DNA of 64,000 nt from Octopus vulgaris (lineage: Eukaryota). The stretch spans positions 25,978,001 to 26,042,000 of the forward strand of contig OX597837.1 in NCBI GenBank assembly GCA_951406725.2. The letters run 5' to 3'. Below the pieces are notes generated by a model. It worked only from the letters and a program-made list of their open reading frames with translations, made no database searches and was not told the origin of the DNA. The position numbers and the translations under genes are program-made. Shown in pieces: positions 48,696 to 61,196 of this stretch (within the stretch, counting starts at the first letter, position 1; every line of letters begins with the position of its first letter).

Positions 48696-49280
48696 TCACT
48701 GTATGTATAATATAAAACTTCCTCATCTCAGTTACATAGAATAAAATTATTTTTGTTGTCCTCTGATGTATAACCATTATTCCAGGTAAACCATAAAAGA
48801 AGTAGAGAAACTTCATACATTCCCTGATATTCTTTGAGCAGGTATTTTACAACTGCATGTATTTGGCAGCAATGCCCTCAGCATCATGGAATATGCAGGG
48901 CCAACCGAAGCTATTCAGTAACAACTCTCTTCCTACGTACTCTCATAATGGAATAAATTCCAATTTTATAAAAAAAAAAACGAACCGCATTTTCGCTCTA
49001 ACAGTTTTATGTTTTCTTAATGCAGAAAGAGCTCCAGGCTAAGAACACTGTCTTTATTCTTGGATGCGAGTATAGCAAATACTATAACAGCCAAACTATT
49101 ACATGTAACGAGAACCAAAGAGACTGAAGTTTGCTCAGGAAGAGAATACTTTCAATTTTGTTTACTAGTTTCCAATGTTGCAAAGTAGATGGAAGATTTC
49201 AAAAGTGTTAATATTGTGTGTTATTTTAACCTTTCTGTTACTGAATTCTTGTTAAATACACTGCCTTTGTTTTAAGTAAA

Positions 49281-49612
49281 GGGGTAAAGACCCCCTTCGG
49301 TCATGAATGACCATGGGATTGCACCTAGAAAGTTACCCTCCTAGACACAAGTCTGGGCAAAGTTGTTTATGGAAGACCAGCAGTCGCCCATGCATACCAG
49401 CCTCCCCTCTCCACGCCACCAGTGTTATCCAAGGGAAAGACAAAGGTCGATACAGCTTGGAACCAGTGACGTCGCAACTCATTTCTACAGCTGAGTGAAC
49501 TGGAGCAACGTGAAATAAAGTGTCTTGCTCAAGAACACAACACACTGCCCGGTCCGGGATTCGAGCTCACAACCTCACGATTTTAAGCTCGACGCTCTAA
49601 CCACTGAGCCAT
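49281..49612 (-). mobile_element. tRNA/CORE-type SINE, family E
   Basis: Minus strand TGGCTCAGTGGTTAGAGC (A box), GAGCTCGAATCCC (B box), TTGTGTTCTTGAGCAAGACAC (CORE-like); TSD TGTTTTAAGTAA. Confidence 0.85.
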
Positions 49613-49662
49613 GTTTTAAGTAATTTTGGTAATAATGAAGAATTTTGAAAAATATCTTTATC

Positions 49663-49932
49663 AGCCTCGGCTGGCCCCCGTGCAGGTGACACGTAAAAGC
49701 ACCGTCCGTTCGTGGCCGTTTGCCAGCTCTGTCTGGCACCTGTGCAGGTGGCACGTAAAAAACACCCACTACACTCGCGGAGTGGTTGGCGTTAGGAAGG
49801 GCATCCAGCCGTAGAAACACTGCCAAATCTGACTGGGCCTGATGAAGCCTTCCGGCTTCACAGACCCCAGTTAAACCGTCCAACCCATGCTAGCATGGAA
49901 AACGGACGCTAAATGATGATGATGATGATGAT
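49663..49932 (+). mobile_element. Family C retroposon, 5'-truncated
   Basis: Family C body and (GAT)n tail. Confidence 0.82.
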
Positions 49933-50512
49933 CAACAAACTGGAGTTTGGAACATAAATACAAAAAAATTTATGGAATGTTTTAATCTAGTTCATTTTAA
50001 AATAAGAAGTTTGTATCATAGACCCACGGGTAGTCTTGGGCTATTTGGTATCAAAATGGCTAAGGTGGCCAGCTAGTAGATTCATTAACCATTGGTCAAA
50101 ACGCTTAGCAATTGTTTCGTCCATCTATATGTTCTGAGTTCAAATTCTGTTGAGGTCAACTTTACCTTGCGTCCTTTAGAGGTCAATCAAATAAGTATCA
50201 GTTAAATGATGGTATTGATAAAATAAGTACCAACTGAGTACCGGGAGTCGATGTAATCAACTTACCCCCCCTCCTCCGAAATTGCTGGCCTTGTACCGAA
50301 ATTTGAAATGAATATTCTGTGATATTTTACAGCACCTTTGGAATTAGATTTCAATTTTTAAAGCTTGAGTAAAATGTGTAACCTGTGTGGGGAGATGGTG
50401 TATATAAGTTGAGGGGGGGGTGTCAGAGAGAGGAACAGGATGCAGGTTGCATCAGGGTCCACAGAAGTAATTAGTATAATTGATCAACAAGTTTATTATT
50501 ATTTCTGGACAT

Positions 50513-50948
50513 AGGCTTAGGAGTGGCTGTGTGGTAAGTAGCTTGCTTACCAACCACATGGTTCCGGGTTCTGTCCCACTGCGTGGCACCTTGCGCAAGT
50601 GTCTTCTACTATAGCCTCAGGCCGACCAAAGCCTTGTGAGTGGATTTGGTAGACGGAAACTGAAAGAAGCTCGTCGTATATATGTATATATATATATATA
50701 TGCGTATATATGTATACATGTATGTGTGTGTGTATATGTTTGTGTGTCTGCGTTTGTCCCCCCAACATCGCTTGACAACTGATGCTGGTTTGTTTACGTC
50801 CCTGTAACTTAGCAGTTCAACAAAAAGAGACCAATAGAATAAGTACTGGGCTTACAAAGAATAAGTCCCGAGGTCGATTTGCTTGACTAAAGGCGGTGCT
50901 CCAGCATGGCCACAGTCACATGACTGAAACAAGTAAAAAGTAAAGTAA
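50513..50948 (+). mobile_element. SINE family A, full length
   Basis: Family A head, body and tail. Confidence 0.9.
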
Positions 50949-51690
50949 GTATCAAAAGAGAGATGTAGTAGCTGTCATTACATCATTAGATCAGAATAAA
51001 GACAGAAGTTCAAAACACTGATATCTCCATTCATAACAAAAAGTTACACACACACACACACACACAGACACACACACACAGACACACACAGACACACACA
51101 CTTATAAAATGGTTTTTCTGTACAATTTCTGTCTACCAAAGTACTGGATGACACAAGGCTCTGAAACTACAGTACAAGACAGTTCCCCGAGGCTTTGTGC
51201 AGTGAGATTGAACCTGCAATCACATGGTCACAAACCCAAAGCAAACAACTGAAGCTACTTAGCCATACTTGTGACCATAAATCACCAACAAACCAATAGT
51301 TTTTCTCCGAAACTTTTTTTTGTTTTATTCTTTTGAAGAAGGCCATTATTCTTTCAGAATTTCATTTTCTTAAGAAATCTTTCACCGGAGGTGAACATCC
51401 AACTTATTCTGACAGATTTTTTTTTTTATGATCCTTTGTCATTATAGAATTCTTTTCTCTAAAACTAAATCTTTGCAAAATAGAAAAAAAACTGCTTCTT
51501 CTCTTCCAGTCGGATCACTCTGGAATGGTTCAGTTCATTTAGATAATCTCTCACAGGAACAAGACAGATTAAGGGAACGGTAACACCAACAGAGAACAAG
51601 CAAAAAACAAAAGAAAAAGTTTTTTTTCTGGAAACTACTGAGTAATGAAAAGTCAAATGGCATAAAAACAATTTTGAAGACAGCAAAATT

Positions 51691-52239
51691 AACAAGAGCA
51701 CTCAGAGAGCACAAACCTCCGCCAAGGCAACACCAATGTCCTCTCAACGATTAGCCAGAAATGGTTTTTAAAATCATAATCATCTTCGTTTAGCGTCCAC
51801 TCTCCATGCTAGCATGGGTTGGACGGTTCAACTGGGGTCTGGGAAGCCAGAAGGCTGCACCAGGCCCAGTCTGATCTGGCAATGCTTCTACAGCTGGATG
51901 CCCTTCCTAACGCCAACCACTCCGTGAGTGTAATGGGTGCTTTTTTTAAAATGAGAATATCTGAAATAAACTCGACTGCTGTCACAAACGAGAATACTAA
52001 AAATGAACCTAACCTGACTGCTCTCAAAAATTAAGTAAAAAAAAACAGGGAAAATAATCCAGAATCCTTGTCTGATACCAGATCGATCCCAAAATCTAAT
52101 CAGTTTGTGCCAGTCACGAGGCCAAACATCCCTGAAAGTTTCATCCGCATCCATCCAGCAGTTCTTGAGATATCTTGTCCACCGTCCAACAAACAAACAT
52201 GACTGAAAACAATACCTCCGACATTGCTAAGGTGGAGGT
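51691..52239. mobile_element. Helentron/DINE-1-like non-autonomous element (family F) with a family C insertion (about 51773-51947)
   Basis: Subterminal ACCTCCGCCAAGG, terminal hairpin ACCTCCG...GGTGGAGGT, (CAAA)n tract; insertion flanked by TTTTTAAAAT; uninterrupted copy at 62152-62494. Classification is tentative. Confidence 0.6.
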
Positions 52240-52246
52240 GATAATA

Positions 52247-52281
<35 letters not shown>

Positions 52282-52819
52282 TATAATGATAATAATAATA
52301 ATAATAATAATAATTAATAAGAAATTGTATTTGCATAACAGTTTAAAATGTTTGTCAATAGACACACATACACACATAAATATTAATCTGTTCTCTTTTA
52401 CTTGTTTCAGTCATTAGACTGTGGCCATGCTGGGGCACCACCCTGAAGAACTTTTAGTGAAATGAATTGACCACATTACTCTTTTTATTTTAAAGCCTGG
52501 TACTTATTCTATCAGTGTCTTTTGACTGCGGCCATGCTGGAGCACCACCTTAAAGGGTTTTAGCTGAAATCGACCCCAGGTCTTATTCTTTGTAAGCATA
52601 GTACTTATTTTATCAGTCTCCTTTGATGAACCTGCTAAGTTACGGGTACGTAAACACACCAACACAGGTTGTCAAGCAATGATGGGGGACAAACACAGAT
52701 ACAAAGACATACACAGAGGGACAGACATAAAGACATGCTGTATAAAATTGTAAAATAAAAGGAAATAAATTTGAAGATGAACAAGTTTCCATGTTCTATA
52801 TTGTTATAATTATTACTAA

Positions 52820-53400
52820 TATATACGCTGGACTAGATGTCTTGCAAACAACTTGCACATGCAAGTGCTACCAGTCAAAAGCTCCATATACTGGAAGCCA
52901 GCAAGTGTATGGGGCAATCAGGAGAGAATGCGCGCCGTTTCGGGGTCTACCTCTCGACGGCATTGATGCGCACCGGCCCCCCCTCACTAATATGAGGCCC
53001 CGTTTGCTAGACCAACTGGTTATCAAATAAGGCTCAATATTTTTCTAGCCATCGCTCATTGTCTCTTTTTAACCAAATCCAGTGGTTAGCCTTCTCCACT
53101 GTAGTTTAGATATCAGTCATGGTGGTATTGACTTTACGATGAGTTAGGCCTTGCGATAACAACAGTCATCTCACACTGTGTCCAACGAACCCTCTACATC
53201 CGACTTCGATAGGAAAATGTTCCGCTTTCCAGCCTGCGTCTTCACATTCCTCGAGGAGGTTTACATAACGGTTAAATTTTCGAGCGTGAGCGGCGTCCAT
53301 GTTATCTTCATGAGGAACCGTTAACTTGACTAGATTTACAACTTTCCTTCTTTCACACCACATCAAAATATCTGGTGAAGCAAACATGGAATTAACCATT
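52820..53400 (-). mobile_element. RLE-type non-LTR retrotransposon (HERO/NeSL-like) 3' fragment, pseudogenised
   Basis: PDILMW...VKLTVPHEDNMDAAHARKFNRY..L...GW....PIEVGCRGF...(two stops)...ANHWIWLKR matches the PD..D/E restriction-like endonuclease end; followed by a GC-richer 3' UTR. Confidence 0.85.
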
Positions 53401-54047
53401 GGAGGAATTTACAGAGCAAATAACAACTAATAGTAGTCATAGATATTAAATACTGATTGATGTGGTTAGCCATAACCTGGAACATAACTGGGAGCCACCA
53501 CTGTATCCACCCAGATGATAAATGCCTCCAAAACTCACACTCATATATATATATATATATATATATGATGGGCTTCCTTCAGTTTATGCCTAACGATTCC
53601 ACTCATAAGGCTTTGCTTTGGTTGGCCAGAGGCTATAGCAGAATACACTTGCCCAAGGTGCCATGTGGAGGGATTGAACCCAGAATCATGTGGTTGGGAA
53701 GCAAGCTTCTTACTACACAGCCAAGCCTATATATATATATAAATTGAATAGAAAACGTATTTTGTATTGTTTCACTATTTTTCCATTAGCAATTATTGTT
53801 TTCTGAGCTTTTATCCTTTCTACCTTAAAACAGCTGTCATTCTGATGAATAAAAAGAAGTAGACTAAACAAAGTGTTGGTTTGTTTAGTCTATGTGGTAA
53901 CCACATGGTTTTCGGTTCAGTCCCACAGTGTGACACTTTGAAAGTGTCTTCTACAATAGCTGTGAGCTAACCAATGCTTTGTGAGTGAATTTGGTAGACA
54001 GAAACTAGATAGAAGTCCATCATATATATATATATGAATAAATAAAT

Positions 54048-54162
54048 GCGCCCTTTTTTAAAGCCTAGCCAGGCTCATGGGCCCAGTCTCCCGGTTTCTA
54101 TAGCGTATGTGTTCCCCAGCTGGACGGGACACCAGTCCATCGCAGCGTTACTCATTTTTGCA
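54048..54162 (-). mobile_element. Short SINE 3' fragment with V-domain-like motif
   Basis: Minus strand CTGCGATGGACTGGTGTCCCGTCCAG resembles the V-SINE central motif as recalled. Confidence 0.4.
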
Positions 54163-54489
54163 AGTCTTGCAAAAGAACTCAGAAGGGTGGCATCCAACTA
54201 GATCTTTCATGATACCCTTAATGGTAGGAACATCTCTCTCTTTCTCTCTCACTCACTATAAATATGTATGTATGCATGTGTGTGTGTGTATGATTTAGAG
54301 ACAAACTTCTATTAAACAATTCAAAAAATATATACATTTATATGTATGTGGGGGTGTTGAAAAATTCTTGGCTTTGGGTATTATATATATTGTGAAATTT
54401 GATTTAAAATTGTTAAATTGAATTTTTCCCTGTAAGTTTGGAATTATATTCCCTACTATTATTATTATTATTATTATTTATGGGATGGA

Positions 54490-54808
54490 TGGAACACTCC
54501 GTCGGTTATGATGATGAGGGTTCCCGTTGATCCGAATCAACGGAACAGCCTGCTCGTGAAATTAATGTGTAAGTGGCTGAGCACTCCACAGACACGTGCA
54601 CCCTTTACGTGCACCAGGAAGTAAGAGTGGAGTGAGAGAAAGTTGAGGCGAAAGAGTACAACAGGGGTCGCCACCCCCCTGCCAGAGCCTCGTGGAGCTT
54701 TAGGTGGTTTTCGCTCAATAAACACACACAATGCCCGGTCTGGGAATCGAAACCGCGATCCTCCGACCGCGAGTCCGCTGCCCTAACCACTGGGCCATTG
54801 CACCTCCA
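54490..54808 (-). mobile_element. tRNA-derived SINE family D with an internal deletion
   Basis: Reverse complement of 984-1370; flanked by TTATTATTTAT. Confidence 0.85.
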
Positions 54809-55724
54809 CATTATTATTTATACACACACACACACACATATATATCTACTTATATGATGTACATATACATATACATATGTACATGCATACATAAATAATT
54901 TGCAGAGAAAAACAAAACGAATACTTTAAAACAATAGGTTTCCCAATTTGTCATAACTTTTAGTTTTGGGGATAATTTTCTTTTGACATTTTTGGCTCTT
55001 TTCTCAACATTTCCAAGAAATAAAATAACAGAACCAAAACCACTGTCTGGAATCATTGTTTTGTGTTCGTTAGTCATTGAGATTTTGAAAACTAGTATTG
55101 AACAACAAATATTAGTTCTGCTTTATGGTACGATGCAAAAAGAAAATCAATAAAACTCAATAAAATATGTTAAAAAGATAACATAAAAAAGATAACAAAA
55201 AAGCAACAAAAAAAAAAATCGATTTCATTGAATCTTTTCTCGAGAATATCCCATTTCTTCCCACTATGAAGAAAATTTAAATCCTTATCTCAAAAGAATT
55301 AAAGCAGAGAGGACATTTAATGAAAAAATTGTCTTAGTGATGTTTCCATCAATATACTTTGAAAAAATTCACAGACTTGGACCATTGATGTCCCAAGATT
55401 TAAATAGAATCCTGATTGCTATTAATTTATAAACTGACAAGCATTTCAAAAGTAATGAACTGAAGCTAATTAACATTAAGTGTTAATGAGAACAGAAGAT
55501 ATTGCAGATCGTCTGGCATTTGATACCACATCAACAGTCTGGAACGAAAGATTCCGATCTAATGACACACCAATAATCTTAGAGAATTATTCGACCAAAA
55601 ATCTTTGGAAATGTTTCCTTGGCTTAAATGTATCTTTCCTGTGTTATCTTTTACTTGTTTCAGTTATTAGGCTGTGGCCATGCTGGGGCACTGCCATGAA
55701 GAACTTTTAGTTGAATGAACTGAT

Positions 55725-56425
55725 AGGAGTGGCTGTGTGGTAAGTAGCTTGCTTACGAACCACATGGTTCCGGGTTCAGTCCCACTGCGTGGCACCTTGG
55801 GCAAGTGTCTTCTACTATAGCCTCGGGCCGACCAATGCCTTGTGAGTGGATTTGGTAGACGGAAACTGAAAGAAGCCTGTCAGCTTGCTAACCAACCACA
55901 TGGTTCCGGGTTCAGTCCCACTGCGTGGCACCTTGGGCAAGTGTCTTCTACTATAGCCTCGGGCCGACCAATGCCTTGTGAGTGGATTTGGTAGACGGAA
56001 ACTGAAAGAAGCCTGTCAGCTTGCTAACCAACCACATGGTTCCGGGTTCAGTCCCACTGCTTGGCACCTTGGGCAAGTGTCTTCTACTATAGCCTCGGGC
56101 CGACCAATGCCTTGTGAGTGGATTTGGTAGACGGAAACTGAAAGAAGCCTGTCAGCTTGCTAACCAACCACATGGTTCCGGGTTCAGTCCCACTGCTTGG
56201 CACCTTGGGCAAGTGTCTTCTACTATAGCCTCGGGTCGACCAATGCCTTGTGAGTGGATTTGGTAGACGGAAACTGAAAGAAGCCTGTCAGCTTGCTAAC
56301 CAACCACATGGTTCCGGGTTCAGTCCCACTGCGTGGCATCTTGGGTATGTGTCTTCTACTATAGCCTTGGGCCGACCAATGCCTTGTGAGTGCATTTGGT
56401 AGACAGAAACTGAAAGAAGCCTGTC

Positions 56426-56491
<66 letters not shown>

Positions 56492-56708
56492 GTGTGTGTA
56501 TATGTTTGTGTGTCTGTGTTTGTCCTTCTAGCATTGCTTGACAACCGATGCTGGTGTGTTTACGTCCCCGTCACTTAGCATTTCGGCAAAAGAGACCGAT
56601 AGAATAAGTACTGGGCTTACAAAGAATAAGTCCCGGGGTCGATTTGCTTGACTAAAGGCGGTGCTCCAGCATGACCACAGTCAAATGACTGAAACAAGTA
56701 AAAGAGTA
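55725..56708 (+). mobile_element. SINE family A with its 136-bp head segment repeated five times
   Basis: AGCTTGCT...GAAGCCTGTC begins at 55746, 55882, 56018, 56154 and 56290, then one normal body and tail. Confidence 0.93.
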
Positions 56709-57339
56709 TTTATTCTGGTATTTATTCTATCAGTGTCTTTTTCTGGATTTCTAAGTTACAGGGACGTAAACATACCGACACAGGTTGTCAAGTGGTGGTG
56801 AGGAACAAACAGATACGCATACACATAGATACACAGAAATATACGACAGGCTTCTTTTGGTTTCCACCTGCAAAATACACTCACATGGCTTTCGTTGGCC
56901 CAAGGCTTTAGTAGAAGACACTTACCCAAAGTGCCACGCAGTGGAACTCAACCCCAAACCATGTGGTTGAGAAGCAAGATTCTTACCACACAACTATGGT
57001 TATACTGAAAATATGGTTGTGGTGGTGGTGGGGACACATTCCTGGTTAATCTTTCAAAAATAAACAAAGTACGGGTAATATAACCCTTTACGCTATATGC
57101 ACAAGGCCTGGAATTCGTGAGGAGGGGGGATGGTCAATCACATCGGCCCCATTACTTGACTGGTGCTTACTGCATTTCAATGTGTATAAGGAACCCTTTT
57201 TTTTGTTAAAAATTAGGCTTAAAAAATATGGGAGTTTCTTATATATGGATAGTATTATCCCTAACAAAACCTTTTTCCAAATTTTAAGCCCGCAAAATTA
57301 GGGGGTTCTTTATACACGAGCGTTCCTTATACCCATTCA

Positions 57340-57642
57340 TCTGAAAGGATGAAAGGCAAAGTCAACCTCAGTGGAATATGAACTCAGAATGTGAAGATGG
57401 ATGAAATACCTATTTCTTTACTACCCACAAGGGGCTAAACACAGAGAGGACAAACAAGGACAGACAAATGGATCAAGTTGATTATATTGACCCCAGTGCG
57501 TAACTGGTACTTATTTAATCGACCCTGAAAGGATGAAAGGCAAAGTCGACTTTGGCGGAATTTGAACTCAGAACGTAGCGGCAGACAAAATACCACTAAG
57601 CATTTTACCCGGCACACTAATGATTTCGCCAGCTCGCCACCT
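57340..57642 (-). mobile_element. Family B SINE joined into an older family B copy at GGTAT
   Basis: Junction ATACC|TATTTCTTT at 57406-57410. Confidence 0.85.
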
Positions 57643-58719
57643 TAAACTACCAGTAATATAATGAGGCTGATTTAACTATTAATTATATCCTCTGTCTCTT
57701 CACCCTGTGTTTATTCATATCTATTATGTGACAACAAAAATTTGTTTAATTTTAATTTATTTTATTAATTTATTATTAGCTAATTAGGTGTCAGTGGTCT
57801 TTTGTGGTGTACAGTCACAATGTCTGAACTGAGGCTATAGTAGAAGACACTTGCCTAAGGTGCCACACAGTGGGACAGAACCCGGAACCATGTGGTTGGT
57901 AAACAAGCTACTTACCACACAGCCACTCCTAAGCCTATGTCCAGAAATAATAATAAACTTCTGAACCGATTATTGGGATATATCATCATCATAATTATTT
58001 CAACGTCCCCTTTTCCATGCCTGTATGGGTCAGATGGATTTCAATGAGGCTGATTTTTCTATGGCAGGATGCTCTTCCAATCTTCAAACCTCACCTGTTT
58101 CCAAGTGAGCAAGTACTTCCGCTATGGGTGCATATGTTTTCATGGAATGGAAGCAAAAAACACTGGTTGTTTGATGGAGATGCTTGTTTATAACTATATA
58201 TATACACACTACACACACATGCATATATTTAATAAACACAATATGTTTTTATGTGCTACTATTAGTTTCACGTGCTGAGAATGTGCCAAACATTGATTTA
58301 TAACAAGTCTGGGCAAACATCTACTAAAGCCCTAGACCAGTCAAAGCCTTGAAAGTGAATTTGGTAGACAAAAACTGATAGAAGCCCACTGTGTATTTAC
58401 ATTATTATATATCAATATGTGTGTGTGTGTGTGTGTGTGTTAATGTCGCCTTGCCTTGATATCTTTGTGAAAGTTGCAAAAGTAGCAAGCAGGTGCCACT
58501 GTTGTATATGTAATGTTCTATATTTCCATACTTCCAAGACACATTTGGATATTGGGGGGGTGGGGTATTAACCTTATTTGGAAACAGTTGAAGGTTGTCG
58601 ACAGTAAGGGCACCCAGCTGTAGGAAAATCTGCCTCAACAAATTTCATCCGACCCATGCAAACATGGAAAAGTGGACGTTAAAAAACGACAATGACAATG
58701 AGCAAGATGATGATTACAA

Positions 58720-58890
58720 CGCGCAGGAGTGGCTGTGTGGTAAGTAGCTTGCTAACCAACCACATGGTTCCGGGTTCAGTCCCACTGCATGGCACCTTGG
58801 TCAAGTGTCTTCTACTATAGCCTCGGGCCGATCAATGCCTTGTGAGTGGATTTGGCAGATGGAAACTGAAAGAAGCCTGTCGTATATATG

Positions 58891-58921
<31 letters not shown>

Positions 58922-59122
58922 TTGTGTGTCTGTGTTTATCCCCCTAGCATTGCTTGACAACCGATGCTGGTGTGTTTACGTCCCCGTCACTTAGCGGTTC
59001 GGCAAAAGAGACCGATAGAATAAGTACTGGGCTTACAAAGAATAAGTCCTGGGGTCGATTTGCTCGACTAAAGGCGGTGCTCCAGCATGGCCGCAGTCAA
59101 ATGACTGAAACAAGTAAAAGAG
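58720..59122 (+). mobile_element. SINE family A, full length
   Basis: Family A head, body and tail. Confidence 0.9.
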
Positions 59123-59371
59123 AAATGATGATGATGATGATTACGATGATGATGATTACTATGATGATGATGATGATTACGATGATGATGATGATGATGT
59201 GTGTGTGTGTGATTACAAACTAAAAAAAAAAAAAGTGAGAGAAATGAAGAAAAGCTGTGAGATTTAATTGGATGAGGAGCTCAGCAGTTATCTTATCCGA
59301 GCAGAAGAGAATTCTTCAGCAAAGCAAAGTTGTTAAGTGGTTGGTTTGGATAATATCTGAAGAGAATCGTG

Positions 59372-59437
<66 letters not shown>

Positions 59438-60009
59438 TAGAGAGAGAGAGAGAAGAATTATGAATAAATATTGTAGATCTCTCCTTCTTCATTACTTCCA
59501 GCCTGATATTGAAACCATATGACTGTCCTTGTGTGATACATGCTATCGAATCATGTGATATCAATGCGATATGGCAAAATTTAGCTCGGTGATATCGGTA
59601 AGAGGATATCATGGAAGATGAAAAGAATGAATTATATTTGAGATAAAAATAAACAAAGAAGAAAACGAGGGGAGATAGCTGGGGGTGGGGGGTGGGGGGT
59701 GAAGGAAGAGAGAAGAAAGGAGAGCGTGAGAGAGTGTAGCATCTCTAGAGCCATATTATGTTGTTTATTGGTTAAGAATGACCACTCTTCAGTTAAATGG
59801 GGCCACCACAGATCAAGTTCCAATAGGTTTGATAATATCTTCACTTTTTATTTATTTTATTTATTTTTTTCGCTTCCATTCACTTTTGGATGTTATGAAG
59901 ATCTTTTTTCATTTCAGTCTTTCTCATATCCCATATCTCACACACCACCATCTTTACCTTCGCACCAGGCACAGGCACACAACTAGTAGTTGCTAGGCAA
60001 CAATGAAAA

Positions 60010-61195
60010 GGGCTTCTATGCCCTCACACAAGCTGTTAGAAATAACAGCCAAATCCTCGCTCAGACCTCCCGCAAATAACACTCTATCATCTTTAACCGT
60101 TTAGCATTCAAACCAGTCATATCCAGCCAAAATAATCTATCTGCTTTATCTTCAAACTGGCCAGATCCAGCCTTTCACACTTGCCCTGGGTTTCTATGCC
60201 CTCACACAGGCAGCTAGAAATAACAGCCAAATCCTCGCTCAGATCTCCCGCAAATAACACTCTATTATCTTTAACCGTTTAGCATTCAAACCAGTCACAT
60301 CCAGCCAAAATAATCTATCTGCTTTATCTTCAAACTGGCCAGATCCAGCCTTTCACACTTGCCCTGGGCTTCTATGCCCTCACACAGGCTGTTAGAAATA
60401 ACAGCCAAATCCTCGCTCAGATCTCCCGCAAATAACACTCTATCATCTTTAACCGTTTAGCATTCAAACCAGTCACATCCAGCCAAAATAATCTATCTGC
60501 TTTATCTTCAAACTGGCCAGATCCAGCCTTTCACACTTGCCCTGGGCTTCTATGCCCTCACACAGGCTGTTAGAAATAACAGCCAAATCCTCGCTCAGAT
60601 CTCCCGCAAATAACGCTCTATCATCTTTAACCGTTTAGCATTCAAACCAGTCATATCCAGCCAAAATAATCTATCTGCTTTATCTTCAAACTGGCCAGAT
60701 CCAGCCTCTCACACTTGCCCTGGGCTTCTATGCCCTCACACAGGCTGTTAGAAATAACAGCCAAATCCTCGCTCAGATCTCCCGCAAATAACACTCTATC
60801 ATCTTTAACTGTTTAGCATTCAAACCAGTCATATCCAGCCAAAATAATCTATCTGCTTTATCTTCAAACTGGCCAGATCCAGCCTCTCACACTTGCCCTG
60901 GGCTTCTATGCCCTCACACAGGCTGTTAGAAATAACAGCCAAATCCTCGCTCAGATCTCCCGCAAATAACACTCTATCATCTTTAACTGTTTAGCATTCA
61001 AACCAGTCATATCCAGCCAAAATAATCTATCTGCTTTATCTTCAAACTGGCCAGATCCAGCCTCTCACACTTGCCCTGGGCTTCTATGCCCTCACACAGG
61101 CTGTTAGAAATAACAGCCAAATCCTCGCTCAGATCTCCTGCAAATAACACTCTATCATCTTTAACCATTTGGTATTCAAACCAGTCATATCCAAC
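60010..61195. repeat. 178-bp tandem repeat, about 6.7 copies, composite of dispersed-repeat fragments
   Basis: Unit starts at 60010, 60188, 60366, 60544, 60722, 60900 and 61078; second half matches the piggyBac-like MITE end (TTAACC.TTTAGCATT.AAAC...). Confidence 0.93.
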
Positions 61196-61196
61196 C

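Noticed and set aside
52930-52970. Hammerhead in the RLE element 3' UTR (stem plus GAAAC on minus)
   Set aside because: No CTGANGA core; only a generic stem-loop can be supported.
57170-57335. Second Tc2-like MITE
   Set aside because: Subterminal inverted motifs (TATAAGGAACCC versus GGGTTCTTTATA) are present, but one terminus is missing, so the boundaries and TSD cannot be supported.
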